From: Polyangiaceae bacterium
GTDB lineage: Bacteria; Myxococcota_A; Polyangia; Polyangiales; Polyangiaceae
Assembly (NCBI GenBank): GCA_044376115.1
Contig: JBILLK010000012.1
Location: forward strand, 194,990 to 258,989
Length of the DNA stretch: 64,000 bases
Direction: 5' to 3'
The notes under the pieces are model-generated. The model ran no database searches and was not told the origin of the DNA. It worked only from the letters and a program-made list of their open reading frames with translations. Shown one piece after another: positions 39,175 to 48,329 of this stretch; position 1 is the first letter of the stretch, and each line of letters starts with the position of its first letter. Position numbers and translations under genes: made by a program.

Positions 39175-40281
39175 CTAGCTCGAACGAGCGAGCGTGTCGA
39201 CCAATAGCCCCGCGATACGTTGCGCGGTGCGCTCATCTTCTGGATAGTCGAGCAATTGATACATACGTGCCAATTGCTCGACCTTATTCAGCCGCAGGGT
39301 GCCGCCGGAAAGTAGGCGAGCGTGGACGAGAAAGAAGAGAGAGTAGCCTCTCGCGATGGTGGCGTTAGCGCCAAGCGAGAAACTCCAGGTTCGTTCGGCA
39401 AACTCAAAATAGGGCAAGACGAGGCGCAGTGCCTGCGGTCCCAACTTGTTTGCGCTGTCGATGACGGATGAAACCGTGTGCAAGTCGGCGAAGCGCAGCA
39501 TCCTGAGCAGATAGTCGGGGTAGAACGGCTCCTCCCCGAGTTCCCGCCCTAAGGCACGCGCGACTTGCTCATCAAGCGTACGTACCTCGGGACAGGCGAC
39601 TAGGTGCCAGAGCGAGAGATTATCCAACGCCACTTCGGCGCGCTCGTCCTGGACTCGAGCGGGTAGCTGCTGCGCGTAGCGCTCGAGGTCTGCGCGGATG
39701 GCTACAAACTCCTGATCGGCTAGCTCTAGTAAGCCAGCCAGTCGATTCAGCCGCCGTCTTGCCACGATCGGAACGACATCGCGCGACTTGTACCCGAGGT
39801 CGTGCTCGATCTCGGCCCAGGCATGCTCGAGCATGGTGCGAATCTGAATCTCGCAACAAAGCTCAACTGGCTCGTGGTTGATCGATGTTGTGGCCAGCCG
39901 GCAGACGTAGTGGAGCGAGCGGTAGCCAAAGCTGTTGCCTTCGTTGCGACGGCGGCGATCGATCGAGTGCTCGAGTGCCATGGGCAAGCGTTGCTCAAGG
40001 ATGTCGCCCACCTGCTCGACCGCGTCCTCGAAATACACAATCACGCGCAAGCCGAGTAGATCGGTCACGTCGGACAGCGAGCCGTATTGCTTGTCTGGAC
40101 GTGCGAGCTTGCCAGCGAGGCTCTCGCCAGACTTGGTGCGGTGAGTAACCGAGTGGACCTTAACCTGACCCTGCTCCAGCCACTCGAGCACTCGACCGCA
40201 GAGTTCCTGCCCTTGGCGCTGCAGAAAGCCTGCGGCTGCCTCGTGTTGATCGAGGATCTCTTGATGGCGAATCGAGGGCAC
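39175..40281 (-). CDS. RelA/SpoT synthetase-domain protein (small alarmone synthetase-like)
   Basis: RTKS.ESL..K, DLLGLRV, GYRSLHY, EIQIRTMLEHAWAEIEHDLGYK; no HD domain. Confidence 0.88.
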   Translation of the reverse strand: MPSIRHQEILDQHEAAAGFLQRQGQELCGRVLEWLEQGQVKVHSVTHRTKSGESLAGKLARPDKQYGSLSDVTDLLGLRVIVYFEDAVEQVGDILEQRLPMALEHSIDRRRRNEGNSFGYRSLHYVCRLATTSINHEPVELCCEIQIRTMLEHAWAEIEHDLGYKSRDVVPIVARRRLNRLAGLLELADQEFVAIRADLERYAQQLPARVQDERAEVALDNLSLWHLVACPEVRTLDEQVARALGRELGEEPFYPDYLLRMLRFADLHTVSSVIDSANKLGPQALRLVLPYFEFAERTWSFSLGANATIARGYSLFFLVHARLLSGGTLRLNKVEQLARMYQLLDYPEDERTAQRIAGLLVDTLARSS

Positions 40282-40361
40282 GGGTCAACGAGTTGCTAGC
40301 CGAGCGCCGAGCCGGTCACAACGAGGACCAGCTCCCCCAAACGACACGCGGCTTTCACCCC

Positions 40362-40396
40362 AGAAACGCGGAAACCCAGCGCGGAGCTGGGTTTCT
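40362..40396 (-). terminator. Putative terminator after tRNA-Cys
   Basis: GAAACCCAGC-GCGGA-GCTGGGTTTC hairpin directly 3' of the tRNA. Confidence 0.6.
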
Positions 40397-40471
40397 TGGA
40401 GGTGAGGACGGGATTCGAACCCGCGTATAACGGTTTTGCAAACCGTTGCCTAACCACTTGGCTACCTCACC
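40397..40471 (-). tRNA. tRNA-Cys (anticodon GCA)
   Basis: Reverse complement GGTGAGGTAGCCAAGTGGTTAGGCAACGGTTTGCAAAACCGTTATACGCGGGTTCGAATCCCGTCCTCACCTCCA; U discriminator, encoded CCA. Confidence 0.96.
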
Positions 40472-40676
40472 AATCGAGCGGAGCTTTTTCGCCGACGCGG
40501 GCGACTTTGTCAACCGAATGCACACGATGAAGTTTTGCGGCCGGCGCCCAAACCTCGATTGTCCGCAGAATATCGGGCAAAGGCCGCCTTTCAGAGCGAG
40601 GCGGCCCACCCGTGGGCTGGCTCCGCCCAACTGAACTCCCAATGGGCGTCTCTTCGGTGTAGCTTTTGCGAATCGC

Positions 40677-41498
40677 ATGCACGTCGTGTCCATCTCCAGT
40701 CAGAAGGGCGGGGTCGGGAAGACGACCATTGCACTCAATCTTGGGCTCGCATTGGCGCGAGCTGGAACTCGAACTCTGCTCACAGAGTTCGACGCTCAAG
40801 GCAGCTTGGGCCTGAGTCTCGGGCTCGCGGACCGCGCACGTGCCGGCATCGCGGAGGTGCTCACGGGCGCTGAGACGGTGCAGAAGACGCTGCAACGGAC
40901 CCGCGATCCGAACCTGGCCGTGTTGTCGGTTGGCCGCGTTGACCCGACGACCGTAGCGGGGTTTGAGGACGCGCTCACGCGTCAGGGCGCGATCCAGCAG
41001 ATCCTCGAGGCAGTGAAGAATGAGGGTTACGGGCTGGTGTTGATCGATTGCCCAGCTGGGCTGGGTAAAGTGACGACAAGGGCGATCGAGAACGCCACTC
41101 ACGTGCTCTCGCCGCTTCAAGCAGAGCCTCTGGCGTTGCGATCGGTTGGGCAAATATTGGCGTTGGTCGATCGCATTCGAGCCACCAAGAATCAGAAGGT
41201 TGAGTTCCTCGGGTTCGTGCTCTCGATGTTCGATCGCAAGGTTCCAGCCTCACTTGATGTTGCGGAGACGCTTTGGTCGAAGTTTCCGCCGGGTGTCGTG
41301 CTCGACGCAATCATCCCGCGGGACGAGGCATTCCTTGAAGCATCGCTGCGGGGGGCGCCGATCTCACTCATGCAGAAGAAGCCACCACCGCTGTCACGCA
41401 GGTTCGACCAACTAGCCAACGACATTCTGGACCGTATCAACACCACCGAGAAAGCTCCGGCCGCCGAAGATGACACGCCGATCCCGCTCCTCGTTTGA
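40677..41498 (+). CDS. ParA/MinD/Soj-family ATPase
   Basis: Deviant Walker A QKGGVGKTT, EFDAQG, LIDCPAG, PLQAEPLA. Confidence 0.92.
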   Translation: MHVVSISSQKGGVGKTTIALNLGLALARAGTRTLLTEFDAQGSLGLSLGLADRARAGIAEVLTGAETVQKTLQRTRDPNLAVLSVGRVDPTTVAGFEDALTRQGAIQQILEAVKNEGYGLVLIDCPAGLGKVTTRAIENATHVLSPLQAEPLALRSVGQILALVDRIRATKNQKVEFLGFVLSMFDRKVPASLDVAETLWSKFPPGVVLDAIIPRDEAFLEASLRGAPISLMQKKPPPLSRRFDQLANDILDRINTTEKAPAAEDDTPIPLLV

Positions 41499-42132
41499 CC
41501 TGCGAGACGTGCTGTCGGTGGCCGAGGCGCTATCGCCGAAACCTCCGCCTGTTGCGACGACGCTGCCGGACTTCGGTGGTGTCCCGCTGGTAGCCTTTGG
41601 TGCGGATAAACCGTCCCAACCTCCGGTCGCGGCCGTGCGCAGCTCCCAGCCTCCACAACCGGCCGAGCCGCGACCCGAACTTGCAACTCCGCCTTCCATC
41701 GTAGGACTCGCGGGGCTGGTACCGAGACTGTCGAGCTTGCTCGAATGGCTGCGTGGAGACAAAGAGGTTGCGCGTGCGCTCGTCGTTGACGATGAGGGTC
41801 TACCCTTAGTTGGCTCCACGTCCGGCGATCTCGGTGACGCCGAGTCCCTGCTAGCTGCGACGGGCAGCGTGGCCAGCGCAATGAAGCGACTTGCCCTAGC
41901 GACGCCAGGCACGCTCTCGCCCGATTTCGAGGGCTATGTGGGCGATGGTCCGGTGCTGCAACTCATCGGCATCTCATCCACCGGACGTGCCTTCATTGTT
42001 GGCATTTCACGTCGACAACCGTTCGGGAAGCTCGACGTCGAGTTGATTCGAGAGACCTTCAGTAAAGCACTGGAGGGCGCGGTCTTGGCCGGGTCTTCAA
42101 TGTCCGACCGGTCACCTTCGGGGGACGTGTGA
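41470..42132 (+). CDS. Pro-rich N-terminus plus Roadblock/LC7 (MglB-like) domain
   Basis: LLEWLRGDKEVARALVVDDEGLPL...AESLLAA helix-strand-strand-helix pattern; overlaps the parA stop. Confidence 0.65.
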   Translation: MTRRSRSSFDLRDVLSVAEALSPKPPPVATTLPDFGGVPLVAFGADKPSQPPVAAVRSSQPPQPAEPRPELATPPSIVGLAGLVPRLSSLLEWLRGDKEVARALVVDDEGLPLVGSTSGDLGDAESLLAATGSVASAMKRLALATPGTLSPDFEGYVGDGPVLQLIGISSTGRAFIVGISRRQPFGKLDVELIRETFSKALEGAVLAGSSMSDRSPSGDV

Positions 42133-43007
42133 CGGAGCCCCAACCGCATGACTCAGCGATCGGGCTTTCGCTCGACTCGTTGGCCATCGGTGTTGACCAT
42201 CTGGAGGCGGTCGTGGTCACGCACGTTCGTTCACCAGCGCCATTCGCATGGTGGATACGACGCGGAGCCTCTCGTGATGCCGCAGTGATTGGCCGCAGCG
42301 CTCAGCTGTTCACGCTCGCGTCGCGCGACGGAGCGGTGACCGGAGACGAGGTCGTGACGCTCACGATCGAATCCAAGTCGACCCTGATGATCGTGAATTC
42401 GGTACGCAACTTTGGCGTCGCGGTGGTGTTCGCACGAGAGGCGCCCCTTGGCTTCGCGCGGATGGCGGCCAAGCAGATCGTGCTCACGCTCGAGCACGAT
42501 CTACCTTACGAGCTCGCAGAGCCGGTCGCTGTGACACCGGAGCCGGTATCGAGCGCACCGCAGCGCCACGCTTCCACGCCGCCAGAGCCGGCTCGGGTAC
42601 CCACGCCACCCGCTGTGGCGAGTGAGCGTGGGGCACGAACGGGTTTCGCGGAGCCCGCATTGGTTCAGTCGCTTCCCGTTGCATCCAGACCCACCGTACC
42701 GGGCAGCGTCCCGCCCGCTGTAGCCCCTGCACCCGAGGTCGATTTTGAATCGGAGAACGGGCCTGACACAAGCCCGCCACGTTCGGCGATCGGCAATCGT
42801 GTGAGGACCATTCTTTTGCACCTCGAGCGAACGGCGGTCGACGGCCATATCTCACGGATGCGCGTTGCGTTGCGGAGCGGGCTTGGGCTTGAAGCGTTAG
42901 TCTACCCGGACGATCTCCCCGCCGAGGCTCTGCTCGTCATTGAGACCGCGGCCGAAGACATTTTGGGCGTCGAGCACGGCAAACTTGGAGAGCTCTCGTT
43001 GGCATGA
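42129..43007 (+). CDS. Roadblock-like N-domain, Pro-rich linker, small helical C-domain
   Basis: LDSLAIGVDHLEAVVV...LTIESKSTLMIV...VAVVFAREAPLGFARM; GTGA overlap. Confidence 0.6.
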   Translation: MTEPQPHDSAIGLSLDSLAIGVDHLEAVVVTHVRSPAPFAWWIRRGASRDAAVIGRSAQLFTLASRDGAVTGDEVVTLTIESKSTLMIVNSVRNFGVAVVFAREAPLGFARMAAKQIVLTLEHDLPYELAEPVAVTPEPVSSAPQRHASTPPEPARVPTPPAVASERGARTGFAEPALVQSLPVASRPTVPGSVPPAVAPAPEVDFESENGPDTSPPRSAIGNRVRTILLHLERTAVDGHISRMRVALRSGLGLEALVYPDDLPAEALLVIETAAEDILGVEHGKLGELSLA

Positions 43008-44287
43008 TGAACCTCGGCACGATCCTGCGCCCCGTTGATGGCCTAGGCTTACTTACGGTGAGTGACCAATTGGTTGTCGGCACCACCGTGCACGAATCAG
43101 TACTCTTGGATCAGGCCGTCGCCGACGCTCTAGGCAGCGAGGGCTGGGCGGTGCGACGACAAGCCGCATTCGAATCGAGCCACGCCATGATTGGCGCGAT
43201 AGCGACGCGGCTCGGGATTGCTGGGGATCGAGAGATCATCGACCTTGCGACCGAACTCTACGCAACCACCGGCCTGGGACAACTGCGCTTTGATCTGTCC
43301 GCAACGGGCGGACAAGTGGTTGGTACAGACCTTCTTTTCGGCGCTGGCCTGCGGGAGCGCGTTGGCTCCAGCTTTAGAGCTCGGCACGCTGCAGACGCTT
43401 TTGCAGCCGGATTTGCCGCAGCTGCTGCCTCCATCGCCTACCCCTCGGATTGGGGCTCGTTCGAAGCAGACGAGACAGAGTGCGTCGCCAAAGGCGACCC
43501 GACGTGCAGGTTTACACTATCGCGCCGGCCGCTCGCCTCGCAGATCGGAGAAGGGCTCGCTCGTTCGGATGCGGAGCAGCTTCTCGGACCCGACCAACCT
43601 CCGGAGACCGATCCACCAGCGATCGAAGTAACGACGCGTGACACCATCTCCGCGTGCGTTGCGAACGAGCGCGGCGCTATTCGAATCGCGGATTGTCGAT
43701 TCGCATTCTTGCCGGCGGCCTACCGCGCCCAAATCATCTACGACACCTTGCACCTTTTGGAGAAGCGGGTCGTGACGCCCAATCGAGCCCGAGATGATCG
43801 CGCTCCGAGGCTTGCCCCTGTCTTTCTCGAGCTCGTGCGTGAAGCTACACGCAGCGGCGCCTTCCACTTGGTTGGAAGTCTCATCGACAGCGCGCCGCTC
43901 CGCGATGTGTACGGCCCCCCCTCCACGGAAGCGAACGAGCTCCTTTCACGGGTAGTTGGCGTGGCCAACGCGATTGGGTGGGGCGTGCTCACAGTCGGAG
44001 AGCATCAACCAGGGAAGCGGCTTTCGCTCAGTACGCCCATGACGCCCGAGGCGGTGTTCTACGCAGCTCGCCATGGCGGGACGCCGCAACCGCGTTTGCC
44101 TGCGCTCCAAGGTCTCGCTGAGGCTGTGTTCCTACTTGCGACGCGAGTCGATTGGCAGGGCCGTGGGGCGGATCCGCTGCTCTACGCTGAGTTGGCTCGC
44201 AGCGGTCCCACGCTAGGCGTCGAAGAGCTCCGCAGCGTCCTGAGCGGAGACCGCGAGTGCGAAGTGGTCGTGAGTCACGTCGGCTGA
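43004..44287 (+). CDS. Tandem V4R (4-vinyl reductase-like) domain protein
   Basis: GLGQL / FAAGF / ETECVAKGDPTCRF, then a second copy IGWGVL / LQGL / EELRSVLSGDRECEV; ATGA overlap. Confidence 0.72.
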   Translation: MMNLGTILRPVDGLGLLTVSDQLVVGTTVHESVLLDQAVADALGSEGWAVRRQAAFESSHAMIGAIATRLGIAGDREIIDLATELYATTGLGQLRFDLSATGGQVVGTDLLFGAGLRERVGSSFRARHAADAFAAGFAAAAASIAYPSDWGSFEADETECVAKGDPTCRFTLSRRPLASQIGEGLARSDAEQLLGPDQPPETDPPAIEVTTRDTISACVANERGAIRIADCRFAFLPAAYRAQIIYDTLHLLEKRVVTPNRARDDRAPRLAPVFLELVREATRSGAFHLVGSLIDSAPLRDVYGPPSTEANELLSRVVGVANAIGWGVLTVGEHQPGKRLSLSTPMTPEAVFYAARHGGTPQPRLPALQGLAEAVFLLATRVDWQGRGADPLLYAELARSGPTLGVEELRSVLSGDRECEVVVSHVG

Positions 44288-44324
44288 ACTCGAGAGCGAG
44301 AGGCGCTGCTGGTAGGCTACGCCG

Positions 44325-45029
44325 ATGGTTGAACTGGTTCTTGCTGGCCCCGGAAAGAATGCTCTTGGAACGCCCGTCATGGAGCGTGCCCTCCAGGATC
44401 TGTACGCCGCTCGAGGGGAGCCGCTTTTGGTGCGCGGTGAAGGAAGCTGCTTCTCTGCTGGCCTGAACCTAAAGGAGATCGCCACACTCGACGCCGACCA
44501 GATGGAGAAATTTCTGGCGCTGCTCGATACGCTGGTTGTGGGACTGCTCGAACACGCTGGGCCGGTCGTGGCTTGCATCAACGGACACGCAATTGCAGGG
44601 GGTTGTGTGATCGCGCTCGCCTGTGACCTGCGCGTGTGCACTTCGGCCCCTACGACACGAGTGGGGCTCAATGAGGTTGCGCTTGGGCTGACCTTTCCGC
44701 CGAGGATCCTCAAGCTTGCCCGCGCACGGCTCGCACCGTCCCACGCTACGCGGGTTTTGCTCGAGGCCGGGCTGTATGCGCCCCAAGAGGCTTTACGCCT
44801 TGGCCTCGTTCATACAGTCAGCGACCAGGTCGAACAAGACGCGCGCAAGCTCCTCGAGCAGCTCGCGCGGAACTCTCCCGAGGCTTATGCTGCAACCAAG
44901 CGCGAACTCAATGAGCCGGTGCTTTCATTGAATCCGCAGGAGATCGCAGCCTTTACCGAGCGCGTTTTACCGCGATGGACGTCGGAAGAGCTGAAAGCAA
45001 AGATGTTGCGGGCGCTGGCAAAGAATTAG
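44325..45029 (+). CDS. Enoyl-CoA hydratase/isomerase family protein
   Basis: FSAGLNL, INGHAIAGG..LACD.R, GLNEV..G. Confidence 0.92.
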   Translation: MVELVLAGPGKNALGTPVMERALQDLYAARGEPLLVRGEGSCFSAGLNLKEIATLDADQMEKFLALLDTLVVGLLEHAGPVVACINGHAIAGGCVIALACDLRVCTSAPTTRVGLNEVALGLTFPPRILKLARARLAPSHATRVLLEAGLYAPQEALRLGLVHTVSDQVEQDARKLLEQLARNSPEAYAATKRELNEPVLSLNPQEIAAFTERVLPRWTSEELKAKMLRALAKN

Positions 45030-45143
45030 CTTTCAGCCTGAAAGGATCGGACAGCCCTTCACTGACGATTTCTCGGCTTCTGCTGCCTATCGTGATCTCG
45101 CTTCACCACCAAACGGGTGGCGAATCACACCACGGGGTACGAG

Positions 45144-46832
45144 ATGAAGCCGTTCAGCCTATTAACGAGTGTATTGGTCTTATCGGTCGTGGCCTGTGGC
45201 CCCAAACCCGACGGCAAAGAGGATTCCTCCGCCGAGTCGAGCGCGAGCAGCGGCAAGGGTAAATCGAGCGGCCCCAAGCGCACTGGAGCCGGGCCGCGCA
45301 GCGTACAAAAGCTCGCTGCAGGCGACGGCGCAGCGTGCGCGGTCATGGACAACGGCACAGTACGGTGTTGGGGCAAGAACGATGGGGGTGAACGCGGTAG
45401 CGCCAAATCGACTGACGACGCTGCAACCCCGGTTGAGGTCCCCGGGATCGCAGGCGCAGTCGACATCGCAATGGGCGGAGATAGCGGCTCGAGCGGTGAC
45501 ATTGCCTGCGTAACAGCGAAGGATGGCGCTGTTTCATGCTGGGGTGGTGCACAGATGCTTCCGCTCAAAGACGGTAAGACCGAACCACGCGCAATTCCCG
45601 AACTCAAGGGCGCACTCTCAATCGCTCTGGGCGGTGGAACTGGCTATGCTGTAAAGCCGGACGGTACGGTCTGGGGTTGGGGCAGCCCCGCCTTCAATAC
45701 GCTGGCGGACGGCACTGAGAGCGGCAGCGATAAGCCTTTAACAGCCATCCCTGGGCTCTCTGGCGCGAAACAAGTAGCAGCAGGCCAGAATCACGCTTGT
45801 GCGCTGCTAGCGGATGGGACGGTCAGCTGCTGGGGATATGTCAGTAAAAAGCAAAAGCCGACAACGGTTGCTGGTGTTTCTGGAGCGACCGCAATCTTCG
45901 CTGATAGTCAACGCGATGAGACCTGTGCAGTAACCAAGGGTGGGACGGTTTGTTGGACCGACAACTCGGAAGCCAAACCCAAGGATGAACTAAAGGATAT
46001 TAGCAAGATCGCGGGGCGGAACCACAAGTGCGCGCTCGGAAAGGATGGCTCGGTTTCTTGTTGGGGAAGTGACAATGCGTTTGGTCAAGTGGGCCACGCC
46101 GACCCAAGTTTCAAGCCCGGTAAAGTCGATGGGCTTTCGCAAAAGGCTGTGGACATCGCAGTAGGCCACGTCTTCGCCTGCGCGGCACTCGAGGACGGCA
46201 GCGCTGCGTGCTGGGGCTACAATCAACGGGGCCAACTGGGAGACGGGACCCTGATGGACCGCAAGGTAGCGACTCCGGTCGTTGGCATTACCAGTGAAAA
46301 GCTGGAGACCGCGGGAACGGGAAGTGACGCCGTTCAAGAGGGCCCAGCAGCAACTAGTTGGGAGGGACTTCCGGCCAAGTGCAAGAACGGCCCCTTGGCC
46401 GTCATCTCCAAAGAGTATGAAGGCAAGAGCTTCGCTATTAAGGCCGCTCGTGCAACCAGCCAACTCGACGGTAAAACCATCTCGATTGAACTGGCGGATC
46501 ACAACTTCCACACCAGCTGGGGCAAACCAAGAGCCAAGCAAGGGAAGCTGGCCCTACGGCTGGCAAAGTTCGATCTCAAGGACAAGAAGCGCGAGCCGGT
46601 AGCGGTCGATCTCGGCGAATACAAGCTCGGCTATGAGGAAGAGCGAGTGGTCTCGCCAACGTTGGAAACCAAGGTCGGGACGAAGAACCTCATCTCCATT
46701 TCTCTGCAGGGTGTGGACGCTGGAAAGCTGACCCTCAGTCACCTCGACGACAAGTGGGTCTGCGGTGAACTCGCTATTTCGGCAAACGGCCAATCCGTCA
46801 CGGGACCGTTCGCCGCGCCGCTCAAGAAGTAG
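45144..46832 (+). CDS. RCC1-repeat lipoprotein
   Basis: Lipobox VVAC; repeated H.CA...DG.V.CWG.N..GQLG motifs. Confidence 0.85.
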   Translation: MKPFSLLTSVLVLSVVACGPKPDGKEDSSAESSASSGKGKSSGPKRTGAGPRSVQKLAAGDGAACAVMDNGTVRCWGKNDGGERGSAKSTDDAATPVEVPGIAGAVDIAMGGDSGSSGDIACVTAKDGAVSCWGGAQMLPLKDGKTEPRAIPELKGALSIALGGGTGYAVKPDGTVWGWGSPAFNTLADGTESGSDKPLTAIPGLSGAKQVAAGQNHACALLADGTVSCWGYVSKKQKPTTVAGVSGATAIFADSQRDETCAVTKGGTVCWTDNSEAKPKDELKDISKIAGRNHKCALGKDGSVSCWGSDNAFGQVGHADPSFKPGKVDGLSQKAVDIAVGHVFACAALEDGSAACWGYNQRGQLGDGTLMDRKVATPVVGITSEKLETAGTGSDAVQEGPAATSWEGLPAKCKNGPLAVISKEYEGKSFAIKAARATSQLDGKTISIELADHNFHTSWGKPRAKQGKLALRLAKFDLKDKKREPVAVDLGEYKLGYEEERVVSPTLETKVGTKNLISISLQGVDAGKLTLSHLDDKWVCGELAISANGQSVTGPFAAPLKK

Positions 46833-48239
46833 TTACTTCGAATCTTTGATGGCGATGTCGCCGATGTCGATCTCGGACTGAGGGTTGACCTTCATGCAGC
46901 AGGAGGACCCGAAACCGAGCGTCACCGACCAACCACGGTCATCCTTGAATGCGAAGCCGTAGTTCCATCGCGGAACATCGACCAAGTGGAAGACCCCGTT
47001 CTCATCTGTCTTCGCCTTCAGCTCCACCGGGTCGGCAGAGCAAGGTGTTGCGCCGGTGATGAGCGACGAAGGGGAGTCGCAAGCGACAATCTCCGCATTC
47101 TTGATGGGCTCACCGTTCAGGGTCATCCGCCCCTTCACGTTCCCTTTGGTCACGGGCGCGACCTCACCGAGCGTGGGACCTGCGCCAACTACATAAATGA
47201 ACTGAACCGGGCCCGGTAGAGAGCCTACCGGCCAGGTCTGAAGGGGTTTGTTGTCCGCGCCCAAGATAGCAAGCCCTGCGTTGGTGCTTACCCAGCGGCG
47301 CCCCTGACCGTCGACTGCAAATGCTCTCACAAACTCAGCCTTCGTAAGGCCGCACTGAGTAGCTTTGATCGTGTCTGCCTTGCCTTTGGAAACAACAATA
47401 GCGGCATCACTCGAGCGCAACGCCAAGTCTCCGCTGGCGGACAAAGAAGACGCACCATCGAGGGAAAGGAAGCCATACTCCCCCTTGGGCAAAGGCAGCT
47501 TCTTACCCTCAAGGGTGGCTGCGCCATCACTGGTCAGGATGTAAAGTTCACCCTCGTAGCGCGCCACACCATTGATGTAGACCGAGTCTCCAGGAAACAA
47601 CTTGGCAATCTCGATCGTCTCCCACTTGCCACCGCGTTTGACGAAGATCCTCTTCTGGGTGGTGACCACGACCGTGTCTTTGGCAGCTGCGCCAAAGTAC
47701 ATGAGCGTCTCGTCGGCGCCGACGGGGACGGGCTCTTCCGACCAGGTCTTAGCGTCTGGGCCAAGCTTGCCCACCTCCTTCTTGTAGCCAACAAACCGCC
47801 ATATGGCGCCATCGGGTGCGACCGAAAAGTCACCTGAGCTATCAGCAAACTCCGCAACCTTTGCCCCGCCCTTGAGCGACTTGATGCCTAGCATGGCATC
47901 GAAGTAGACGGTGCCGTCCGGCGCCTGCTCTGCATGGCGCACGTAGTCGTCGGAGACCTTGGTGAGCTTGCCAGCCTCAAGCATGTAAAGGCCACCGCCG
48001 GCGATGCCGAACAGCGCCGGCCCCTGCGCATCCGGAGCCACTGAATAGGGTTTATCTGCCGCTCCAGCGTTGGCGCTGGCCGAAGCGGACGAGGGCGTTG
48101 CGCTGCTACGGCGGGGAGGGTCGCTTGGTTGCGCTGAAGAGGTTGCGTCAGACGATTTGGAGCCGCAAGCGAGCGGCGCGCACAATAGGAGAACGCAAAG
48201 CCAGCGTGATTCGGCGATAGCCTTCATGACGAGGTACAT
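46833..48239 (-). CDS. Hypothetical lipoprotein (propeller-like region plus C-terminal beta-sandwich)
   Basis: Lipobox PLAC; APDG/VDGQGRRW blades; VKGR...AKTDENGVF. Confidence 0.65.
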   Translation of the reverse strand: MYLVMKAIAESRWLCVLLLCAPLACGSKSSDATSSAQPSDPPRRSSATPSSASASANAGAADKPYSVAPDAQGPALFGIAGGGLYMLEAGKLTKVSDDYVRHAEQAPDGTVYFDAMLGIKSLKGGAKVAEFADSSGDFSVAPDGAIWRFVGYKKEVGKLGPDAKTWSEEPVPVGADETLMYFGAAAKDTVVVTTQKRIFVKRGGKWETIEIAKLFPGDSVYINGVARYEGELYILTSDGAATLEGKKLPLPKGEYGFLSLDGASSLSASGDLALRSSDAAIVVSKGKADTIKATQCGLTKAEFVRAFAVDGQGRRWVSTNAGLAILGADNKPLQTWPVGSLPGPVQFIYVVGAGPTLGEVAPVTKGNVKGRMTLNGEPIKNAEIVACDSPSSLITGATPCSADPVELKAKTDENGVFHLVDVPRWNYGFAFKDDRGWSVTLGFGSSCCMKVNPQSEIDIGDIAIKDSK

Positions 48240-48329
48240 ACTACCTCGAAGTCAGGCGCGAAAGAGTGAACGGGTCGACGCTGGGGCCGGCTTGGTTCGC
48301 GCATGGCGATGCTACCGGCCTCTCAAACG

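Noticed and set aside
40677..41498. Chromosome-partition parAB locus or plasmid origin
   Set aside because: No ParB, parS-like palindrome or rep gene was seen nearby; the gene is coupled to Roadblock-like genes instead
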